From an uncultured Lentisphaerales bacterium (GTDB lineage Bacteria; Verrucomicrobiota; Lentisphaeria; JABSQK01; UBA12247): DNA of 25,867 nucleotides. Below, one piece after another: positions 10,394 to 17,600 of this stretch. A program made the translations under genes and the position numbers. Below the pieces are notes generated by a model. That model was not told the DNA's origin. It saw only the letters and a list, made by a program, of their open reading frames with translations, and searched no databases. Each line of letters opens with the position of its first letter. The first letter of the stretch is position 1. The stretch is from the NCBI GenBank assembly GCA_943788985.1, contig CALSSJ010000009.1, positions 1 to 25,867 of the forward strand, in the 5' to 3' direction.

Positions 10394-11413
10394 CTAGAGT
10401 ATTTCGAGCATCTCGAGCATGGTCTGCGTGGCATGTTTCGCATTGGGGGATGTCCCTCCAGCTAAGATTTCTGAGAGCTCGATGGCACGGCCAGCGCAGC
10501 CGTAGTACAGGTTTTCAAGCAGCCCGGGCTTGTAGACCGCGTTTGGCAGAAAGCTCGAGAATTGGATCATGCCGAGGCTGAAGTGAAAGCTGCCGAAGCC
10601 ATAGCCAGAGATGCTCTTCAGCAACTCCTGACGGTTCAGCATCATCGCTAACGCAGGACCGGCTTTCGAGTCATCCAAGGCTACCGGAAAAGACTGGCGA
10701 ATCGCCAATCCATTCCCCAACACGGGGTGCGGCTGGTCGCCGTGCATCTGGCACAGCGAACTGATCTCGCCGAACGGGAATTCAACCGTGAGCCCCGCCG
10801 CACCAGGGTTCGCAAACAGAGCTGGTGGCGACTGCATAAGGGACTCGCAGACCATCTCGAACTCGTCTGCCTGCCAGCCTGAAAGGGCATTGCCCAACGG
10901 CAACACCATAGAGCGGACGATGCCAGCCATTTCATCTGGCTGCGAGCGCAGGCCGTTTACGGGATGCCCGCTGACTGCGACCTCGCCACGCGCTGCAATG
11001 GCAAACGCTTCTGCCAGTGACGTTGCAGCGTCCAGCTGTAGAACGGCAGCCGTGGCGATCAGGCCCTGCATCCAGTGGGCGATGCCTGGGTGAACGCGCA
11101 CCAGCGAGCACAACTGCAGCGTCGCGTCGTCTTGTTGGTAGACCGGCCCCCACATACTGGCGGAGGCCGCGATCTCATTGACCTCAGCGGGCTGGTACAG
11201 CCCCGGCGAGATGTTGCACACGACATCCGTTCGCACAGAAATCAGATAGGCGATCTCACCGTCCGGGCCGGTCTCTTCGGCCGCAATCTCGATGGTCTGG
11301 GCATGTTGGTACGCCCACCAGGTAAACCCAGCTTGACGCCGCAGTGACCATTGCTCGTCTACTTGAAGCTGCTTTGCATACAGCCACTCAATCACTCGTT
11401 CACCGCAATTCAT
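10394..11413 (-). CDS. Hypothetical protein, 339 aa; possibly two YbjN/T3SS-chaperone-like domains
   Basis: Long ORF with GGAGG upstream and a sigma-54-type motif further upstream. The fold guess comes only from a pattern seen in both halves (EVNEIAA...PVYQQDDATLQL; MMLNRQE...FGSFHFSLGMIQFSSFLP) and is weak. Confidence 0.8.
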   Translation of the reverse strand: MNCGERVIEWLYAKQLQVDEQWSLRRQAGFTWWAYQHAQTIEIAAEETGPDGEIAYLISVRTDVVCNISPGLYQPAEVNEIAASASMWGPVYQQDDATLQLCSLVRVHPGIAHWMQGLIATAAVLQLDAATSLAEAFAIAARGEVAVSGHPVNGLRSQPDEMAGIVRSMVLPLGNALSGWQADEFEMVCESLMQSPPALFANPGAAGLTVEFPFGEISSLCQMHGDQPHPVLGNGLAIRQSFPVALDDSKAGPALAMMLNRQELLKSISGYGFGSFHFSLGMIQFSSFLPNAVYKPGLLENLYYGCAGRAIELSEILAGGTSPNAKHATQTMLEMLEIL

Positions 11414-11585
11414 GCCCTGCCTCCGTTACCCACTCGTGCGTCTCAGGATAAGCAAAGCAGGGGGTGTGCCAACCGGCTATTGGCTAGCTAGCAGGCCCGA
11501 CTTTGATGCGGAGCTGTAAGGTTTATTGCAGTTTGGGTAAGGGTTCGTGCCGCTCTGCAGCCGATCGGTCGAGTCCCCGTAGCGG
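11396..11585. repeat. Diverged ~190-bp direct repeat, copy 1 (promoter/RBS/first-codons module)
   Basis: Aligns to 14460-14649 at an offset of 3064 with two compensating 1-nt gaps, about 70-75% identity by hand. Example: tcgttcaccgcaattcatgccctgcct vs tcgttcaccgtaattcatgccctgcct. Shared blocks include tcgtgcgtctcag, taaggtttWttgcagtt and tccccgtMgcgg. Confidence 0.92.
11455..11472 (-). promoter_or_regulatory. Putative sigma-54 (-24/-12) promoter of the 339-aa gene
   Basis: Minus strand TTGGCACACCCCCTGCTT gives GG-N10-GC with TGGCAC; GC lies about 44 nt upstream of the ATG at 11413; the spacing is conserved in repeat copy 2. Confidence 0.7.
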
Positions 11586-11650
11586 GACACCACCAGGCAG
11601 CCTATTCATAGTCACCGTCGAGCGAAGAGCACAGTGGACAAGTACAGTGG

Positions 11651-12781
11651 CTAGCCTAGCCAGCGATCTTGCCAAGACCCGAGTGGCTTGAGCTGACTAT
11701 TCGCGCAATTAATGATGGACAAGGCGTCACCTTCAACCCAGAAGATTGCATCCTGTCTAAACTCACGCCCCAGGCGAATTCCGGCCTCAAGCGAACAAAC
11801 CACTCCGAATCCGGCTTCTTGGTGACGGGCGTCGGCCGACCCTCCAATGACTTCCCAGGGGTCGTATCCACAAGCTGCAAGCCGCTCAAAAAGGCGGCGT
11901 GTCGTCGTCGCGTTGGTTGCGTCGTCAACCGTCTCCCCATCGGGATTGCATGCTGTTATGATAGCAAATCTCTCTGGCCACCCAGCACCTGGCACTACCC
12001 CACAGAAGACCGCGTCGAAGTACTCTGGTTTCAGTCTGCTGCTGTATGCTTGCTCTAAATCGGCCAGCAAGATGGATAGCGTTGCCTGTATGCTGGCAAA
12101 TGAAGGGAGCTTGTTTCCTGAAGCTTCATCCATATACAAAGACCGGTTGACTTCGATCATGATCGAGCTGACTCGGCTGTCCTGCAGGAAATGGCGCGTT
12201 GGTACAATAGTCCCCGCATACGGCGAGTCGATGCCGACCTGATACCCGCTTTTGCCCAGCGCTGATACGGCAGTTCGTACCAAGTGTTCGCCAGTGTGAA
12301 AGGCGTCGGTGCCGATGCAGAATGGTGGGCGCGGCCGGGTCTGGGACTGGTCACAGGGAAGTGGCGTACTGGGGAAGCTATGGCAGTCCACAATTAGCGC
12401 CGCGCCTTCTCGAGCCAACTCCATCTCAACCAACCTCTCCAAGGAGGCGTGGTGGGCGTCGTAAAGTCGCAGCAACTCTTGCTCCTCGTTCGCAGCCAAC
12501 TCCCGCCGTAGCGGCTGTCCGTGTGCCGTCCGCGTATAGAATTTCCCCATTCCGACGGTTGCCATTGGCTCCTCAGAGTTCTCACGAAATCGTTCAACGT
12601 CGATCAGCAGCCTGGAGTACGGGAATTGTACACGCGGCACCTCCGGCAAGGAGAACAGGTCGTCCGTAAACGCATCGGTCATGCGGAAAACTTCTGCGCC
12701 AAGGTCATCCTGGTTCAGCAGAAATTGGCCAAGGAACCGATCGGGTATGTCGGTTGAAGAATGTGGAATATGTAAAATCAT
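11651..12781 (-). CDS. N-formylglutamate amidohydrolase-family domain fused to a C-terminal DUF3293-like domain, 376 aa
   Basis: FGase motifs ILHIPHSS, TDAFTDDLF, FPYSRLLIDVERF, IVDCHSFPS, FCIGTD, PYAG and SIMIEVNRSLYMDE in residues ~1-245. The last ~115 aa have FAIITACNPDG...GGSADARHQEAGF...LGREFRQDAIFWV, the DUF3293 pattern. Confidence 0.85.
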   Translation of the reverse strand: MILHIPHSSTDIPDRFLGQFLLNQDDLGAEVFRMTDAFTDDLFSLPEVPRVQFPYSRLLIDVERFRENSEEPMATVGMGKFYTRTAHGQPLRRELAANEEQELLRLYDAHHASLERLVEMELAREGAALIVDCHSFPSTPLPCDQSQTRPRPPFCIGTDAFHTGEHLVRTAVSALGKSGYQVGIDSPYAGTIVPTRHFLQDSRVSSIMIEVNRSLYMDEASGNKLPSFASIQATLSILLADLEQAYSSRLKPEYFDAVFCGVVPGAGWPERFAIITACNPDGETVDDATNATTTRRLFERLAACGYDPWEVIGGSADARHQEAGFGVVCSLEAGIRLGREFRQDAIFWVEGDALSIINCANSQLKPLGSWQDRWLG

Positions 12782-12838
12782 AGCGGGCCAGCCAGTTGCT
12801 CAAAGATGATCTCAGTCGGGTGTTTGGGATTTTTAGTT

Positions 12839-13489
12839 TTACCCGCGCCCCCTGTCTTTGTACCTTCTCTGCGATTCGCGCGTTGACTGGGGGGGGGGGA
12901 GCTCGAGAGCTCTGAGGTCCGCAAGAGAAAGGCGAATTCGCTCTACGCGGTCTAGGGCGGCGGCGTGCGCTGACGTTGCAGTCTCCCTGGCGGCTTGAGC
13001 GCTCTCTACACCTGCAGGCGCTGACGGCCCCAGCGCATCCACGATCCGAGCCAAGATCGGGTCACGTTGATTCGCTGACATGGGGCTTTTGCCTTGCTGG
13101 AAAGCCACCGTGGGAAGTTCAGCCCAGGTTGTCGTCAGGGCAACGGCCGCCACCGGTAGGTGGAAGGCGTCGGCGACGGCAGCCAGCGCAGGGCTGAGTT
13201 GCGGCCTGAAACTGAAAAATCCGCATCTCTGGTTGCGGGACTTTACCAGGTATCTTGCTCTGACATAAGCAATGCCAAGCGCGTCCCAGTCGCTCCGCTC
13301 GAGCTGATCTCCAGGCGAAAGAATCTTTGCCAGCAACGGCACGCACGATTCCAGACCAGTTTGGCCGCCAAGTCCCTCCCACTGGCGAATGCTGCCCGCA
13401 AGCTGTGGGAACAGATCAGGCGAACCCGCCTGCAAGTCTTTTACCCGGCGCGTAAAGACCGCCCCACTTCGTGCCATGCATTCAACCAC
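12839..13489 (-). CDS. Hypothetical protein; probably the C-terminal part of the gene starting at 14415, with its true end likely at 12778
   Basis: 216-aa ORF overlapping the upstream ORF by 49 nt. One extra G in the GTGGGG run (13462-13465) would fuse them (AWHEVGAVFTRRVKDL). One fewer C in the C11 run (12889-12899) extends it to a TGA at 12778-12780 that overlaps the next ATG. Confidence 0.6.
   Translation of the reverse strand: MVECMARSGAVFTRRVKDLQAGSPDLFPQLAGSIRQWEGLGGQTGLESCVPLLAKILSPGDQLERSDWDALGIAYVRARYLVKSRNQRCGFFSFRPQLSPALAAVADAFHLPVAAVALTTTWAELPTVAFQQGKSPMSANQRDPILARIVDALGPSAPAGVESAQAARETATSAHAAALDRVERIRLSLADLRALELPPPQSTRESQRRYKDRGRG
12889..12899. repeat. G11/C11 homopolymer tract within a coding region
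   Basis: Sequence reads gact-G11-agctc at 12885-12904. Confidence 0.9.
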
Positions 13490-14415
13490 AGAATCGCCGA
13501 AGCGAAGCCGCTCAGGTACGTTGCCTTGATTTGAGGGCGTAGATCAAGCAGGAGGCGACTGATGTCAAATGAAACGCTCCGCCAACCGTCGGCCGCGAAT
13601 ACTCGATAATCCGCTACAAGCGTCAAAGCTGCCTGGCATCTTACTAGCTCCGCAGCAGCAACTTCTTTCTGCTGGGCCTCTCGCTCCGTAATTTTCTCCG
13701 CGGCTTTCAGCTCCACCTGCAGTTTTTTTTGAACATCAGCCAGTTCTTCACGAGAAGCCAGCAGCACAGATGGCGCGGCCGGTATGCCGGGGGCTTGCGC
13801 CTGAGGACTACACAAGAACACGCAAGCCGAAGCCGGAATTTTTGCGAGCTGTGCCAGATACAGCAGAATTTTTGCATGATACTCTGGAATCGAGCTGCGC
13901 ACTGGCGTTAGCATCGCAAATTCTCCTGCGGGCGAGCAGTGGGCCTGTCCGACATTCAAACCTACGGGCGATGGCGAGACGGAGCGTCCGAAGAGCTGCT
14001 TTGCAGCCCTCGCAAACGCCTTACCGCCATGAGCGTCAGACACCTCGTCAGCAAACTCCAGCAGCCATGGCAAGGTATCCGGAAGGTCACGCGCCCGGAA
14101 GGACTCCAGCGAAAAGTCGAGATCGCAGCTTCGATAGTAGCGCCGCCAACCGCGAAGAGCTGCTTTCAGGTCTGCAAGGTTGGCGTAAAGCTCTAGGTCC
14201 GTTTCAACTTCAGGGTGGTCTTTCACCAGAAGGTACGATGAGCAGATACGCGCAGCGTAGATCGAAATCGTAGATGCCGCCGTCGAGCAGCAATCACCTT
14301 CTACCTCATCCAGTGTGTCCGAATATCCAACGCAGGCCAAGTCTCCAAAATGCGAGAGCCACTCCTCGGTATCGAATCTCTCCGGCTCAATCGGCACGTC
14401 AATCACATCCATCAT
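13441..14415 (-). CDS. Hypothetical protein with a coiled-coil-like segment; N-terminal part of a possible ~545-aa protein
   Basis: ORF 13441..14427; the better start is ATG ATG at 14415/14412 behind a strong GGGGAGG RBS. Heptad-like stretch REELADVQKKLQVELKAAEKITEREAQQKEVAAAELVRCQAAL. No family recognised. Confidence 0.75.
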   Translation of the reverse strand: MMDVIDVPIEPERFDTEEWLSHFGDLACVGYSDTLDEVEGDCCSTAASTISIYAARICSSYLLVKDHPEVETDLELYANLADLKAALRGWRRYYRSCDLDFSLESFRARDLPDTLPWLLEFADEVSDAHGGKAFARAAKQLFGRSVSPSPVGLNVGQAHCSPAGEFAMLTPVRSSIPEYHAKILLYLAQLAKIPASACVFLCSPQAQAPGIPAAPSVLLASREELADVQKKLQVELKAAEKITEREAQQKEVAAAELVRCQAALTLVADYRVFAADGWRSVSFDISRLLLDLRPQIKATYLSGFASAILWLNAWHEVGRSLRAG

Positions 14416-14438
14416 TTGCCTCCCCATTACAAATCATC

Positions 14439-14477
14439 TCACTGCAATCCCGCAACCAATCGTTCACCGTAATTCAT
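14439..14477 (-). pseudogene. 12-codon ORF MNYGERLVAGLQ*, a truncated paralogue of the 339-aa gene start (MNCGERVIE...)
   Basis: Part of repeat copy 2. ATG AAT TAC GGT GAA CGA matches ATG AAT TGC GGT GAA CGA of copy 1, then similarity stops and a TGA follows at 14439-14441. Confidence 0.55.
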
Positions 14478-14518
14478 GCCCTGCCTTCGTCAGCCGTTCG
14501 TGCGTCTCAGCATCAGTC

Positions 14519-14535
14519 AGCAGGTTGCGCGCCAA
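14519..14535 (-). promoter_or_regulatory. Putative sigma-54 (-24/-12) promoter upstream of the hypothetical/amidohydrolase unit
   Basis: Minus strand TTGGCGCGCAACCTGCT gives GG-N10-GC. Relative to copy 1 the four substitutions fall inside the N10 spacer, while TTGGC and CTGCT are kept. Confidence 0.65.
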
Positions 14536-14620
14536 CGGGCTCTTGGGGTGGCGTCAGCCCCGATTTCGAATTGGGAGTGATAAGGTTTTTTGCAGTTAGC
14601 GTAAGAGTTTGTGTTACTCT

Positions 14621-14647
14621 GCGACGGGGCAGGGGCTTCCCCGTCGC
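14621..14647. other. 9-bp inverted repeat (hairpin or protein-binding site) 27 nt after the helicase stop
   Basis: GCGACGGGG-N9-CCCCGTCGC. No U-tract follows on the minus strand, so it is not a clear intrinsic terminator. Confidence 0.5.
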
Positions 14648-14674
14648 GGCAGCGCTAATAGCCGTCGAGCTCGT

Positions 14675-17600
14675 TCATGACGCACTGCCGGGCAGCTCGT
14701 CATGAGTTGGTTCACACGGATGGACGAGCCCGTCTTCGTCAACTCGAATACGTTTGGCAACCAGGGCTGCATCGAAGGCTTTCTGAAAGTCGGTTGCGGT
14801 GACCTTGCTGACGCTTTGGATGCCGAAGAGCTTTGCCGCGCGGTTGATAACGTCCGGCGGGCTACCGCCAAAACTTACCTCCGCCACCAGACAGATTGCT
14901 TCGGCAATTTCTTCAGGTGCGAAGTGCACCGAACTGGGTGAGGCATCGCTGTCCCGTTTGCGAATGACAACAGGTCGCTCCTGCGCACGCCAGAGAAAAC
15001 TGGAATGCTGGGAGAACATTGCCTGATCTCGTCCGTGTCCCAAGCCCGCAGCGAATGCCTCACGGATCCGACGACCTGCCCGACTGATTCCGCATGCCTC
15101 GCGCAGGCGGCGCAGGACCTCGTCCGTGTGGACAGGTGACTCTATATCTACAATAGCCTTCAGGTAACGTGCCATCTGCTGGGCTTCAACCTCGTGCAGT
15201 TCCAAACTGCCCAACTCGATCGGCTCGGCATAGCAGTCATACGGCTCGACACGCCCCTCGTATGGATCCGAGGATTTAGTAGTTTCGCGGGTGGCATCCG
15301 CATCAATCATCTCTGATTTTGTTCGCAGTGGCGGTAGCGCGCTCGCACCAGTCTGGGCGAGCGGAGCACTTGCTGCCTGCTTGACAGCTTGCAAGAGACG
15401 CTGCTCGGCGTCGCGGCGATTCCGGTACCAATCCGTAGACCAGATGCGATAGACGCGCCAGCCCATCCGTTCCAAGACCCCCTGTCGTAACCGGTCCCGC
15501 TCGCGGGCCGTCACCGAGCTGTGGTATCGATAGCCATCACACTCGACTGCCAGGCAGTAGTTGCCGGGCTGCCTTGGATCGCGGATCGCGAGGTCGATGC
15601 GGAAGCCCTCGCAGCCGACCTGCGGAACAATCTCGTAGCCACGAGCGGTTAAAAACTCGTACACCGACTCCTCAAATCCGGAATCGAAGGCCTTTGCGTT
15701 GTTCGCAATCGTACGCAATACTCGGTTTTCAGCCCAGCACAGGTAGACCTTGAGAAAGCGTAGGCCCAGAGGTGTCGCCGCATTGCTTTCATCCACACGC
15801 AGCTCTGCCGACGAAAAATTGCAGAATACCTCACAGCGCTGGCGAGCTCGGGAAAACAGCACGTTGAGGCGGCGTTCGCCGCCTTTCTGGTTGACCGGCC
15901 CGAAACTAGCCGTCACTCGTCCGGTGCTGTCTTTGCCGTAGCCAACGCTGACAAAAATGACGTCGCGCTCGTCGCCCTGAATCGTCTCGAGGTTCTTGAC
16001 GAAAAAGTGGTCCGGCTGATCGCTTTGAAAATGTTCGTAGAGGTCTGGATTGTCCTGGAGCGCAAAGTCAATCGCGTCCTCAATCGCAGTCTTCTGCGCG
16101 ACACTGAAGGTGCCGACCCCCAGGCTGGTCTGCGGAGACTTGCGGTAGTGGGCAATCACCGCTTGGGCAACCACTTCCGCTTCCTTGCGGTTTTGGCGGC
16201 TTCTGCCCTTGTCATAAACCGCGTCTGGAATGCAGTGAAAATGCACGCCGTAGTTTTTATCATCTGCAGCTGCTGCTGGAAAAACCCTCAGCGTATTGTT
16301 GTAGGACTCCTGGTTGGAGACCATGATAAGACTTTCATGCTGGCTACGATAATGCCAAAGCAAGCTGAATTCCTGAACACGCCCCTTGCACATAGCCAAG
16401 ACGCTTTCCAGCTGGGCGACCATGGTCGCGATTTCGTCGTCTTCGTCATCGTCCTCGTGATCCTCGGAGTCAGAAAGCCGGTCGAAGAAGCTAGTTGGCG
16501 GCAGTTGTTTGGAATCTCCCATCACGACCAGTTGCCGCGCTCTTGCTAATGCGCCCAATCCGTCCTGCGGCCGCACCTGACTGGCCTCGTCAAAAATCAC
16601 AACGTCGAAATCAATTGCTCCTGGCTGGAGATACTGAGCGACTGACATGGGACTCATCATAAAACACGGCTTCACTGCCTGCAGTACCGAAGCAGTTTCG
16701 CTGATCAGCCGTCTTGGGGATTTTAGCTTTCGCTTCTTCTTCAGCTCTTCCATCAGCAAGGCAGCCTTGGAGCCGCGAACATCACCGGCGAGGACTGGCC
16801 GCTCGTCAAATAACTTGCGCGCGGCCCGCAGCTGGTTTAGCGTCAGCACATCTGCATCAAGCAGTTGAAAGTCCTGGATGCGGGAGGTGTGGCTATCGGT
16901 GACAAAGTTGCGCAACACCGGACGTTGCTGAAATACGTGCTTGAGCAGTGCCGAGGTCATGGTCACCTCCAGCAGAGGCTGAAGGTCATCTGGAGCGACC
17001 TCGCCAGCGTCAACCAGCGGCAGTAAAAAGCCAGCGCGCGTCGCTGCGACCCGAGCTCGCAGCGGCAGGAACTGCGACCACCGTGCCAAGGCGGGGAGAC
17101 TGGTGGTCCAGAGGCGCAGTTGTGCGGCCAAGGTTTCAAAATCCACGGCGTTGAGATCTGTCTGCCAAATTGCCGAAGAATCGGGCTTGAGCACGTCGAA
17201 TACCCGTTGCAACTGCTCGACAAAGTCCTGGCAGGGCGCGTACAAGGCGTCGAGCTGTTCGCGGGTCTGTGCCTCATCGGCCTTAGTGGTTTGCACAGCC
17301 GTGGCCGTCAGGCGCCCGGCAGAAAGGTGTTCGCGCAGGCGCGGTGCCCAGACCAAGGCAGCTTTCAAGGCATCTACGCTGCTGTTTTCCGCCGCCCAGT
17401 CGGCACCGAACGCGGCGCGTCCGCTCGCATCGTGCTCGGTCACCACAGCCGCAGCCTCCAAGTGCGTGATGCAGGCGTTGAGGTCTGTCAGAATCTGCTC
17501 CAGCCCTGTGGGTGGCTCCTCGCGATAGAGAAGGCGAAGCTCCTTCTTGCAGGCGTAGAAGCCAGGCAGCATGAACCGGAACCACCGTTTCGCGTAGTAG

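Larger units (their letters stand above)
14460..14649. repeat. Diverged ~190-bp direct repeat, copy 2
   Basis: See copy 1. A further shared block ccgtcgagc (11615-11623 and 14662-14670) suggests the repeat extends almost to the upstream stop codons. Confidence 0.92.

Noticed and set aside
11651..12781. Calling the amidohydrolase hutG of histidine utilisation
   Set aside because: No hutH, hutU, hutI or hutF is nearby and the protein has an extra domain, so the substrate cannot be assigned.
14621..14647. Intrinsic terminator after the helicase gene
   Set aside because: The stem is present but no U-tract follows on the minus strand and the hairpin is not conserved in repeat copy 1, so it is kept only as an inverted repeat.
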